DNA of 64,000 nt from the human T2T-CHM13v2.0 reference genome, Homo sapiens: the NCBI RefSeq assembly GCF_009914755.1, contig NC_060931.1. One strand, given 5' to 3'. The translations under genes and the position numbers were made by a program. The notes below the pieces were generated by a model, which saw nothing but the letters and a program-made list of their open reading frames with translations, ran no database searches and had not been told where the DNA came from. Positions 1 through 12,800 of this stretch are shown here, in pieces; positions within the stretch are counted from its first letter, which is position 1; every line of letters starts with the position of its first letter.

Positions 1-270
1 TCATTTCCCTTTTCCCCAAGGGAACATAGCTGCACTGAGAACACCAATCTCTCAACCACACCCTATCCCAACCCCTGTGGAAAATATAGTAGCTACCTCA
101 CCAATGGGAGTTGAGGGAATGAAGACTCATGTCTTCTGGGATCTGGGTCAAGCCCAGGTCAGCCATTCTTCAGACTTGCACAGTACTGGGACTAGAAAGG
201 CCTTATAGGAACACTCACATCATTCTACATATGGTACTTGTAAACCTGGCATTCATGGTTCTTCCTAAAA

Positions 271-460
271 GAGGCAGGTGGATCACGAGGTCAGGAGAGC
301 GAGACCATCCTGGCTAACACGGTGAAACCCCGTCTCTACTAAAAAAAATACAAAAAATTAGCCGGGCATGGTGGCGGGCACCTGTAGTCCCAGCTACTCA
401 GGAGGCTGAGGCAGGAGAATGGTGTGAACCCAGCCTGGGCAACAGAGCAAGACTCCAGCT

Positions 461-494
<34 letters not shown>
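271..494 (+). mobile_element. AluY-type SINE, 5'-truncated, ~45-bp internal deletion in right arm, A33 tail
   Basis: Y-type diagnostics ACCATCCTGGCTAACACGGTGAAACC and GAATGGTGTGAACCC; GAACCC joins directly to AGCCTGGGC; A-run 462-494. Confidence 0.9.
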
Positions 495-496
<2 letters not shown>

Positions 497-3400
497 ACAG
501 GCAACCAGTATTCATGTGGCTTATGTTATCTAGGAAACTAATAAAACTCTGTTATTTCCACTGTATAAATTCTCTATGAAGCCTTTCTGCTTCCTCTCAA
601 TGACTATTTTTAAAATGAAAAGATATTAAGGAAAAAAATGCTGCTTGTTTATCATAGAGATTTTAATAACAAGTTAAGGCAAAATTCATGAAACTGTAAT
701 AGCCAAATCAGGATAAAAATGAACATTACCAACTCAGCACTTATCAATTATAAATGAACTTTTAAATTCTTCCTCAGGGTTTTTAGAGGGCACCAGGTTC
801 CCCTGGGAATCATGCCCTCTCTTCTTCTGCTCTTCCAATTTTATAAGCTAATGAAATTAGCTTTCCATAACTTTCTTCTCACTGTAAATTTCAGAAACTA
901 TTGATTCCAGATGTTGTCTACAATAATTGAAATCTGGGTTGTCTTTGTTTGCCAAAAGCTACATTATTTAAAAGAAACTTGAAAAAAATACTCCCTACAT
1001 CCCCCTCCCCCACCCCACCCATTTTTTCATGGAAATCAAAATCCCTATGCTTAGCTAGGGTTAAAATCTTTAGAAATATTTCTCCTTTCCCCTCTACTAT
1101 GAAACTTGCCAAACAAATGAGATAAATTTTCCAAAATATCTTCAAAAACAAACAATAGGTCTGGTGTTAGGGCCAAAAGCAGTCACTGATTTCACAATAG
1201 GTTAATTAGGAACAATCCATCTATTGCAGTTCTTTGGTTCAAATGATAATTTTGCATTTGTTTTTATTTTTCTGACCATCAACAGAGGTGACTTGGTCTG
1301 TCCATGAACTAAATCTGACAATGTGCATGCCCTTGGTGCTCATATACAAAGTGGGTACCCATAACATTGCGATCCAGCTAATGCAAAGTGAAATAACAAG
1401 TGCCCAAAGATAATAAGATTCAAAAGAAAAATGTTAAACAATTCAAAGTATTTCATTTTTTGGAAGACAATTTAAAAAGTTCCAAAAATATATTCAACGT
1501 TCAAAAATTAAATTGAGGATGAGACATATTGTTCCTTAGGTGTGCAAGAATTTACAGATAATTCCCATTAACAAAAAGAAGAATCAAGAGCTCAAATGAC
1601 TAAGCATGGCTAGAATAAGGTGTACCTGCATGAAAGTACATATAAGATATGACTTTTTCTCCTTTTATTAATGACTGTAATTAAAAACTATCTTATTTTA
1701 TAGCCTCTGCTAACAGTCATTTGTTATTACTAACAAATAGTTATAACTATATTGACAATTTACTAATAGTTTCACTATTAATAATACGTGTTAATGTGAA
1801 TATAGTTTTAATGAATTCTGGAAGTTAAAAAGCAATCTATATAAATGAATAATTCAGCTATTTCTCAATCTAAGTAAATGGATCAAAACACTGACCATAG
1901 GCCATCAAGACCCCAAAGTTATATGCTTAAAAATTCTGAGTTTATCAGCTTCTGGTAAAATGGAAACATAAATAAATAAATTTCCCTGCTGTCTTTCCTA
2001 TCTTTACCTCTTATAGCTAAAGGAAATACAATTTAAAAATTAAGATACTTTTTGAGAATTTTTTAATCACTGAGTTTTAAGGTCTTTTTAGTATACTAAA
2101 TGTTTGTTCAATCTTTAAACTTTTTAATAAATCCAGAATAGCAGATTTGCCTACTAGGGGATGAAGTCTTTAAAAAAAATTCTGCATTTTGCTGTGAGTT
2201 CTTCCTAAAAACACAGGCAACCAGGAAAGTCAATTTGTTTGTTTGCTTACCTAGGAGTTAAGCCTAGAACTAAGTCATACTATGGCAGAAAATCCCAATT
2301 TACAATTGGAGCTGCAGAGTTAAAAATACCCAGCATTATACAGAAAAACTTTCCTACATTGTGTTTGAAGCTGTGTGACAGATATATACAAGTACTGAGT
2401 GTTTCTCAATCACCACCTGCTCCGCACCCACCTGAGTTCTGACACAATAAGCAAACAGGACAGGGTAACCAAGATCTCCTCAAAACAGATGAGTTAAGAG
2501 CTAATATTTTCCTTTCTTTGCCACAAGACTGAACCTTTTTTATCCTCATACATGTGTAGAAATAATAGATCACCCTGTCAGTTTTCCAAAATCTAGTTGG
2601 GTCCTGCTAGAAGTAACTCATATAAAGCTACTCACTGTGCATCAATCCTGAACCCCCCAGGTAAAAAAGTTCACCTTCACACTATTCCCCAGCTGTGGCA
2701 GGTCCTTTTGCTTGTTAAAGCATAAAACAAAACTAAACAAAACAAGTATCAGTCTGAACACTTAATGCCCTTCATGCAGTCTGTAGCTTATCCCGACTGG
2801 TCTCGTGAAAAACCAATATTTTAGAATTTACATTTGTTTTGGAGAAAGGGGAAATGTCAATCATGTGTTGTAGTCTCCGACTTAAACGATCATACCTTCA
2901 GAAACTCAAACCTGAGAGCACCGTAAGACCATGTGGCACAGAAGATAGGCCAAAACTGACTTGGCTTTCTATGCCAAAGAGTCACTGGTACCCTAAAAGT
3001 AAAAAAAAAAAAAAAAAAAAATTAAGGAAATTTAATAAGTGAACTAAACCTGGGCTTTTCAGGGAGCAAGAATATAATGAAAAGGTGTGGTCACTGCCAA
3101 TCACAATGGCCTGGCTTTAGATGTTTCTTTCATGTTATGTCACCATCAGAACTCTGGTAAAACATGATCTAATCCTAACACATGATCTAATCCAAATTTC
3201 ATTTGGGATTTCTCAGCATAACTCCTTAAATTTTCTCTATACTTATCCAACTATTTGTACTTCGTTTTCCTGCCCATTTCTCCCCAGAGTTCTGAAGGGT
3301 CAACAACAACAGCTGGAACGAAGGTGGAGGCCAAGTGAGGATGGGAGATGGCCCATTATCATGTCCAGCCATGCTGGGGGACGAACACTAGAGGGTACAC

Positions 3401-4589
3401 AGAGGACAAAAGCTGACGCCCAAAGCCATTATGATTTTTCTCTTCTAAACTATTTTGCTCCAGAAATCAGCCTTTTATATTTAAGAATAAAAAAGAATCA
3501 ATAAAATGCTACCAATGAATATGAGGAGCTTTAGCACACTTCGGCAAATCTGTTTTGGTAGTTCAGAAACTTACTTGTTGGTTCTTAGCTATGTTTTATA
3601 TAGATGAGGTAAATACCAGAGATATGAAATGTTTCATCTATATAGGAGACTAGGTATCTGTTCTCAAAGGGCCTACACCTAGGTGAAGAAAAGGGGTAGA
3701 TACAACTGAAAGTAAATAGAAAACAATACCTATTTATCCTTTGACTAGCTCAGAAAAGAAGTGCTACTTGAATTTCATCCATAGCTCTACACATAAAGTG
3801 GAATAAAAATTCCTGAGGCCACTTACAGTGCAGGAGGAAGTCTAACGCCTTCCCATGGGCAAGTCAGATGGGTCCGCTCCATGAATCTGGCCACCAGCCG
3901 AAGCACAGTATTTCATCCAAAAAGGATCCCATCATTTCCATGAATTCTCCCATGTCTCCTCTGAAGCTAATTTTCCCCATCTTTCAACAGCTTCCTTCAA
4001 GTTTATGTATTTTAATTTATTTATTGCAAGGGGAGTTCTAGTCTAATATTTCCTCAGAGGGTTCCCAAACCATTCACAGCTGTCAAACACAACGATACAC
4101 AAAAAGGATCAAGGCCCTGTCTACGGGTTCTTCCAGAGTTTCTTCGCCCTGCGCTTCCCTAGTTTACATGAGCCAGCTGATCTCCACCACTAACAGACTA
4201 CAGAGTAGGCCCAGTACAAACCCCAGAAAGCTCAGTATCATGTGAAGGGCATACTAAATGCTATGTTGAAAAAATATGCATATGATTATTTATGCTTCCG
4301 ATTAATGTCAAAATTGTAAACTGCAAAAGACCACTAACCATGAGCAGGGACATTAACTTGGTACTATATTCTATGTCATGACAGTGTGAAAAACACCTAG
4401 AACAGAAAGGTTTACCTTTTCCCCTTCACATGCAATCTCCTCTGTCTCTATTCAGTTCCCCCTAGGAAATGCTGTGGTATGTGTTTAGCGCGGTATAATC
4501 ACTCACTCAATGTTTACTAAACATCTACCGCAGACTGGATACCACTCTATGTACTGAGCCAGAAGTATCCACAAATATAGTACAAGTAC

Positions 4590-4720
4590 TCCTCACAGCA
4601 ACTCTCTGCAGTAGGTATTCTTATCTGTATTTTATAGATGAGGAAAGCTGGGGCCAGACAAGAGAAGCAATTTGCCAAAGGTCACAAAGCTCGGTGGTGG
4701 TACAGGAGAGGGTTCCGCCC
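4590..4720 (-). mobile_element. MIR fragment
   Basis: ATTTTATAGATGAGGAAAGCTG...TTTGCCAAAGGTCACA matches reverse complement of MIR core. Confidence 0.7.
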
Positions 4721-4777
4721 CTGACCAGCTGATGGCTGTCCCAGCTGTAATTACTGCTCCTTGAGAGGGAAGCAGGC

Positions 4778-5005
4778 ACAGAGTAGCGGTGAGGAGCATG
4801 GCTCAGGCTTCTGCATAGGTGGGTTCAAATCCCATTCCTGCTACTTATTAACGACGTGAGCCCAGCCAGCTATTAACCGTGCTGTGCTTCAGTTTCCTCA
4901 GACTGTAAAATTTGGGTAATAACAGTATTTGCCTCACAGGGTTCTGTGGGAATGGAATGAGTCCCATGGAGAACATGGATGGTGTTCAGCACAGTGATGA
5001 GCACA
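4778..5005 (+). mobile_element. MIR
   Basis: GGGTTCAAATCCC B-box followed by CTTCAGTTTCCTCAGACTGTAAAAT core. Confidence 0.75.
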
Positions 5006-5232
5006 CCTGGGCAGCAAAGGCATGTGAGCTGTCAATGTTGACCATTTCTTTGACTACTCCTATAATCACCTGGCAAGTAGTTAGCATCAGTAAATGTTTC
5101 CCTGATGAAATGCTTATTTTCTTAATATCCAAACTCTGGTTCCCGGGCTGCAATTTCCTGCTAAGGAAGTGAAAGGCCTGTAAATTGCCCCCAGAATTCA
5201 AGTACCACTTCAATCAAAGAGGAGCCTTTTCT

Positions 5233-5538
5233 TCTTTTTTTGTTTTTGAGATGGAGTCTCACTCTGTTGCCCATGCTGGAGTGCAGTGGCGTGGTCTCGG
5301 CTCACTGCAACTTCCACCTCCAAGGTTCAAGCGGTTTTTCAGCGATTCTCCTGCCTTTGCCTCCCGAGTAGCTGGGATTACAGGTGCCCGCCACCACGCC
5401 CAGCTAATTTTTGTATTTTTAGTAGACAATGGCGTTTCACCATGCTGGCCAGGCTGGTCTTGAACTCCTGACCCACATGATTTGCCCACCTTGGCCTCCT
5501 AAAGTGCTGGGATTACAAGTGTGAGGCACCGTGTCCAG
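5233..5538 (-). mobile_element. AluS-type SINE
   Basis: Full dimer on - strand; TSD GAGGAGCCTTTTCT / GAGAAGCCTTTTCT. Confidence 0.92.
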
Positions 5539-6544
5539 CTGAGAAGCCTTTTCTACGTATCCTTCATGAATGATTTCCAGAGTTGCTCTACAAAGCTGAG
5601 GGAAGCATGTGTAGGGAGAAGCATTGAAGCTGTGAGATGTACCTGAGTTTGGTGCTGAGTTAATGCAGAGAGCTTTGGCAAAAGCCTCTGTTTCCCCCTT
5701 AAGATTTGGTGTTTACTCCTATTCAAGTTGTAAAGAGCATCCAAGGCAGCCAGACAGGGTGACAGAGCACAGTTACACTTCCCATTATAAAAACACATCC
5801 TTTGCTTCTCACGGAGCAAAAGCTCAGGAAGAAAGCACAACATTAGATGACATCATGCCTTCCGGATCAGAGACCAGAGATTTTAGGTTATTAGCCTTTC
5901 TACTATTTTTTAAATCAGTAATATTGAAGGGCTTTTGTTTGTTTTTAAAAACTCTGTCCTTGGAATCCAACCACTAGAATACTAATGAAAGAGAAATAGG
6001 CAGACAGGCATTTTTTGCTCCATCCCTGAAAGGGGGTGCATACCTTGTGCAGCATTATTTCTGCAACTTGAAAATCCATAAAGAAAATCCTCAACTTATC
6101 AATTAATTGTATGTCTTTAAGAAATTAACAAAAATTACTCTCAAAAACAGACTTACTCTTTAATCTATATTCTAGCTCTTTTCATGTCATTAAAAAAATA
6201 AAATAAAACTTTGATATTTCACATTACTGCCAGCCAGCAGACTAAGTGACGCAGTACAGAAACATGTCTCTTTTCCTTATCAGTCATAAATGCTGTTCAA
6301 TGCGTGTCCTTCCTAAACTGCTTTGTTCACGGCTTTCCGTGGCAAGAAAATGTTTATCATGTATACGTGAATTCTGTTTTTCATCTCGACTTGTTTTTCA
6401 AGAAAGACTATTTATATATGTATCTTTGAGGAGATACAAGGATGCAATGCTTTCAATTTTCACATAAAATGACTTCATAAAAATAATCAATGTGCCTTAA
6501 AAATGTAATGATTATACTGGATAATTCAAGCATCACACGGGGCC

Positions 6545-7070
6545 TGTCTCAGCCTCCTGGCTTTAAATATCATCTAAACGCTGAGACTCCCAAATTGATA
6601 TTTCTAGTTGGAGCTTTTCCCTTGAACACCAGATTAGTATACTTAGTATATTCAACTTCTTATTTAATACCTCTATGAAACCGAACTCCTGAACTCTCTT
6701 TCCCACCCTACTCAACCCACAATCCAAAATCTGCTCTACTGTTAGCCTTCCATCCCAGTAAATGGCCAATGCATTCCCGGCTGCTCAGGCCAAAAGTCCT
6801 TTACCTCCTTTCTTGCCTCCTTTCTCTTACATCCTCTACCCAACCCATCAACAAATACTGTCCTCTACTTGTAAAGTATATATCTGGCTATTTCTTGCCC
6901 CTTGCACCAAAGCCAACCTAGTCAAATTACCATCATGGGTAGCCTGGATAATTAACAGCCTTCTAAAGCTCTTCCTGCTTCAGAAACCTTGACCTCAGTC
7001 AATTCTCCACTGACAGCCAGAGTGGTTCTTCTAAAACTTAAGGTAGATCAAGTCATACCTCGGCTCAAAA
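6545..7070 (+). mobile_element. L2 LINE fragment
   Basis: GGCTTTAAATATCATCTA...CTCCCAAAT, CAGTAAATGGC, GCTCAGGCCAAAA, CAGCCAGAGTG typical of the L2 3' region. Confidence 0.7.
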
Positions 7071-7869
7071 TAACACTATTTCTTTCTTTATTGTATACTG
7101 ACAGACATTCGTTATTTTTAAATTTGGGGCTCTAATGAACAATGCTACCAAGGCCTGTTCTTGGTTGTGCATAATGTATAATTAGCAAAGTGATACAAAT
7201 CTTTCTGAACTAAATGTCTTACCTTTTATATTCTAAGCTACAGAACTTCGCAGGAAAGGACAACTTCTTTCTCATTATTTCATGCTACTAAATACACTCA
7301 CAAAATAACCAAATTCCCAAGTTAAGAAAGTTAGTTTGCATAACACAGCTGGGTCATTGAGAAAGCACTAATCAACAGAAATGTTGAAGACCAACCTAAA
7401 GTATTTAGTGACATTGATGATAGTACAGATGTCTTCCAAATGCTGACATAAGCCAAATCCTCAATATTCACTCAGCATCTACCATACGCCGGCACCATGC
7501 TGGGTGCTAGGGATTCAGTGATGAAAAATAATAATAATAATAAAAAGCTGCCTTTTCTACCTCATTCTCATTGAGTTCTCTAAGCTCTCACTGAGCTTCC
7601 AATTAGGCTCTATGCAAGGGAAATCACCACAAGCTCCAAGATTCCCTGGATGAGGACAAGGAATACAACAGACCCAGCTTCCGATTTATACCGTGGGTTG
7701 GAGTAGCTACTCACTGTGCATCTGAGCTATTTTAGCAGTGAGACCTATGAGACTTCTTGCCCTTCTGGTCTTAGTTTAAAGTGCTGACTGGCCAAGGAGA
7801 GGATAGCCAACTCTATCAGTGTGATAAGTTCCTTTTTCAGCCACCCTAATGATAGCTCCTGCCTCTCAG

Positions 7870-8420
7870 CCCCTCTGATTCCTCCTCCATTCAGGTGCCG
7901 GTATGACCTATCCAAACGAAGTCAATCATATCCCTCTCACATAAAACCCTTCAATGGATCCTCAAGACCAATGAAATAAAGTGCTAACCCTCTGTGGCCT
8001 GGCCCACTGCCTGCCTCACTTGGGGTCTCTTCTCTCACTATCTTTTATTTTCTTTATCAGCAACACCAGATCCTTGTAGTTCCTATCACTCACAATGCTG
8101 CTTCCTAACTCCAGGTTGCTCATGTGTTTCCTTCTGCTGAGAACAGCCCCATTCACTGTTTGATCATTTTAGACTCAACTGAGAGAGTGTCCCCTCCACC
8201 ATAAAGCCTTCCCTGGCTACTCCTACACAAGCATACAGCCAACTCCCCCAACCCTGGGGCTTCACCTTGGAACTCCCATGATACCCAATGCAAGCCCCTC
8301 TCATTGCACTTGCCTCTCTATCTGCACAAGCAACAGACTCTTCCACTAAACTTTGAGTTCCCACAACTCTTAACACTAGTATATTATCAAACACATAGGA
8401 GGAGCTTAATAAAGGCCTCA
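7870..8420 (+). mobile_element. L2 LINE fragment
   Basis: TAAAACCCTTCAATGG and AAGCCTTCCCTG L2-like motifs; degraded. Confidence 0.55.
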
Positions 8421-8448
8421 TTACCACTTGCACACCTGTGCCCTACAA

Positions 8449-8793
8449 CAGGGGTCCCCAGCCCCCAGGCCATGGACCAGTACCATTCCTTGGCCTGTTA
8501 GGAACCCAACCGCACAGCAGAAGGTGAGTGGCAAGCGGGTCAGCATTACTGCCTGAGCTCCGCCTCCTGTCAGATTAGCAGCGGCATTGGATTCATAGGA
8601 GCGTGAACCCTACTATGAACTGCACATGTGAGGGATCTAGGTTGCACGCTCCTTATGAGAATTGAATGCCCTAATGGCTGATGATCTGAGGTGGAACAGT
8701 TCATCCTGAAACATCCCCCCCACTCACCCTTGTCTGTGGAAAAATTGTCTTCCATGAACTGGTCCCCGGTGCCAAAAATGTTGGGGACCGCTG
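8449..8793 (+). mobile_element. MER1B (hAT-Charlie MITE)
   Basis: Terminal inverted repeats CAGGGGTCCCCA...TGGGGACCGCTG; internal GGCCTGTTAGGAACC and CTCCTTATGAGAAT; 8-bp TSD CCCTACAA/CCCTAAAA. Confidence 0.9.
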
Positions 8794-8801
8794 CCCTAAA
8801 A

Positions 8802-9133
8802 GAGGGCCAACAAATAACAGCCTACCAGCTACATCCAGTCTGCCACCTATTTTTGTAAGGCCTGTGGGCCAAGAAAGGCTTTTATATTTGTAAATTCTTC
8901 CACAAAATTTTAAAAGAGTAATATTTTGTGACATGTAAAAATTATATAAAATTCAAATTTCAGTGTCCACAAAGTTTTATGGAAAGATAACTACATTCAT
9001 GCATTGACCTACTGTTTATGCCTGCTTTTGCACTATAATGACAGAGTCCTGTGGTCGGAACAGAGATTATATGGCCCCCAAAGCCTATGATATATACTAT
9101 CGAACCATTTACAGAAAGAGTTTTCCACTCCTG
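8802..9133 (-). mobile_element. MER58B (hAT MITE)
   Basis: TATTTTGTGACATGTAAAAATTATATAAAATTCAAATTTCAGTGTCCA and TTTACAGAAAGAGTTTTCCACTCCTG end. Confidence 0.8.
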
Positions 9134-9474
9134 CTCTCCAACTTCCATTCCCTTGCCTATTACTCTCCCGGTCATCTCACTTCAAGGGCACTTTGAACTT
9201 CCACTGGAAATGCAACAAAAGTTCAAATTAAAGAGAGTGGAAATGACTGAAAGTGACTCGAGGTGGGAGGTCGATCTTCAGCTGTAAACAGAAAATGTTG
9301 CTCGGCTGGGCCAGGTAAGGACATAATGAGCTTGGATGAACTCATTTGCTACTCAATGGTACTTTATCATTTGGGACAACTATTAAAAAGGATAAATAAT
9401 AACATAATTCAACCTCACAAATACATTGGAGAAATCTGAGACTCTTACAGAATTCTAAAGTCCCAAGCCTCTAG

Positions 9475-9859
<385 letters not shown>

Positions 9860-12800
9860 TAATTTCAATTAACTAAATAAAAAATCGTCTGCACCAAACT
9901 AATAGGCAAATGATACATATCAGCTCATTTGGCTTTTGTTATTTTGGTCAAAGCAGATTTAATGAACTTAATTAAGTGGAAGACTCACGTGCTAAGAAAC
10001 TGGGCTGCATCAAAGAGCTTTGATTGTATGGAGCCATCAAGGCACAGGCTCAGAAAATAGAAAAAAGAAAGGGACTGGGTTTATTTTTCAAATGTTTATT
10101 TGACATCCTTCTCCAAACACAATTTCCTTCAACATCATTTCTTAAGCACTGATTTGAGTACCAAGAAAAGAAGCTGAGACAAGGTGAGTAAATCACAGTC
10201 TTTTTTCCGAACTCACAGTCTAGTGAAGGAGAGAGCCATGAAACCAAAGAGTTACCATTCCATTTGAGAAAGACAGAACTAAAGGTGAGTACAGGGCAGT
10301 ACATAGAAGAGGATTACCGATACATCTGGGAGAGAGACAATAAAGCCTCCATGACAAAGATAGCCCTGAACTTGAGTTTTAAATGACGAAAAGGATAGCA
10401 AGAGAGAAAGGAAAGGAACAGCAAGCCATCTAGGGAGCAACTGGTAGCTAAGTATCACTAGAGCATGAAGTACAGGTCCCAGAGGGATGAGAAGGCAATG
10501 GGAAGTGGTAAATCGACTTTTTAAAAAGATTAACCTGAAGAAGGCTCCAACAAAGGAATATGTTAATATGTTCAAAATCCAAGCCCTCTGAGGGCTGAGA
10601 ATCTAATCGGTAAAAGCAAAGATAAGAAATGGTTTCTTATATCTTCCTTACATATTACTCTGAGAATACATATTCTTATTCCTAAAGGGAAAGTATTTTG
10701 TTGGCAGAATGGAGATCAGACCTTGCATCAAAAGGACCTATCAATGCTTGTTTGAAAACAGCTACTCCACTATTGCAAACACAGAACTACATCATCTCAC
10801 TAGCATAATCTCAGCACTAAAGGTTTATCAGCCCAATGAAATGGCTGAATTGTAATTGTCGAATAATAACTTAAAACAATCTTTCTAGTCTCTTTAAGAA
10901 TTAGCAAGTAGGTGAAACTTTAACTCCAAAGGAAAGCTTTCTCAACAACTTGGATCAAGCAAAATGGAAACTCAGAGATGAATGAACACTTCTGATCATC
11001 ATCTACACAGCAAGACAGCAGTGCTCTGCTCTCTGACACAGTCAGCTGCACTGAAAACTGAGCACAGGTTGCTGATGTCTCAGTCTTGCTACAAAAAGTC
11101 TCTAATTGCCTCACTGGGTTCCCTTTGTCCATTTCTCTCTCAGCGTTAGACAACAAGCATTTCACACCGAATCATCCTACTGCTCAAACCTGCTCACATG
11201 GTCCTGATTATTTTTTAGACCGCTAATTATTTAAACATAATAATTAATGCTGTGGCTAGAACTTTCCTATTGTCTACCTCAAATATAAATCAGATACCCA
11301 GTAGTGCTTATCTTGCAATGTTATTTTGCAAGTAAGGTACAATTTTGAGTTTTTCTTCTTCTGTTTCTCAGCATCTGACCCCTTCCAGCTGCGCCTGAAA
11401 AATCCATCACTTAGTTGGTGGCACCCAGCTCTGAAATGTGCCTGCTCATTCCTTGGTTCTGTGCTCCATCACTGGCGTCCACTGGATCCAACACATCCTG
11501 ATAAGTTAATCATTGTGAATGTGCAAGTACAGAAAGGCTGGATGGCCACTCCCAGAAAACAAAATCTCAATTAAACCTTCCGTGTGAAGAATGCACATCC
11601 ACTCTTCACACCCCAGCATATCTGAGTCTCCTGGCAACCCTAGAGAAGAAAGAATGTTTTTAACCTCTCAAATTATGCAGCATAGAATTGCTTCTTTCAG
11701 GCAGGTTCTGGATATGAAACTGTTGTATAAAAATGAAAATCCTAAACAGCCTCAAAGGGAGGAAAATAAAATGGGGGAAAAATAATTCATAAAATGTTAC
11801 CATTCATTTGCAGTACGAGACCAGCAATTGGTGTTTGCAACATCTTTTGCAAAGTCAAACTGAGGTTGGATGAGAACTGTTAGTAACCCTTGAACCTCCA
11901 TGCTAATTTAAAGGATAGAACTTGTCACTCTGGTTGAATAATCTAAAATGTCAGCCAGCAGTCACTCTTGAACTTACATGGAAATTCATTAGTTCCAACA
12001 GACAGCAGTGTTAATGGAGACGGTAATTGCACTCACTGGGTGGTTTGTTTGCATGTGTCCACAGAAGGAGATACTAATTCGAACCAATCTAAGCCCACTT
12101 AATTCTTAGAAGTATAAACTACTGATGCATCACAGAAAGAAATTATTTGTGCAAAATATGGCTAAAATGAAACAGTATCATGATTCATTGTTTTTCTGAA
12201 TATTCATGACAATTAAATAGCTATAATATCTCAAAAAAGATCTGAATATCTAAATCATTCCAAATGTAACTTTCTGATTCAAAATGACTTGAATTTGCTT
12301 TCTTAATAGAAGCAAAGCAGCTCCATAGGAGAACCATTACATCTGCATGAAAACTTCATGGTATCAAGAACCCTGCTACTGGCATGTCACATCTCCAATT
12401 CAAATGCTGGCTTCAGATTCCTACTGAACAATATAGAGGATCAGGATCTTCATTTTGCAGAATGCAGAAAAGATGACCTTTTAAGCCTAAACTAGCATTT
12501 GGGAGTGTAACAGCAAGCATACAGGAATCTGTTTTCTAAGGAGAACACACCTCAAGACTGAGAAAAGGGCTGGGATGAGCATTCATGTTGGATTTGAACA
12601 GCAAATGCTCAAATCTGAGACATACATTCAACTGTACAAACAAAATTCCTGCTCAAAGTCAACTATGAATAACCCACTTGGCTGTGTTAGTGCCGCCTCA
12701 ATTAATGCAGCTAAATAATGGATTAACATCCTTCAAGTATTTCTAAACCACAATGAAACTACAAAAATCATGAAACAGGAGCAAGGTGGCTGTAGTGAAC

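Noticed and set aside
1719-1780. Three adjacent short AT-rich palindromes
   Set aside because: Arms of 7-8 bp in very AT-rich DNA are expected by chance.
6455-6490. Similarity to the end of the putative transduced segment (TTTCACATAAA..TGACTT)
   Set aside because: Short, AT-rich, gapped match with no extension; not evidence of a local donor.
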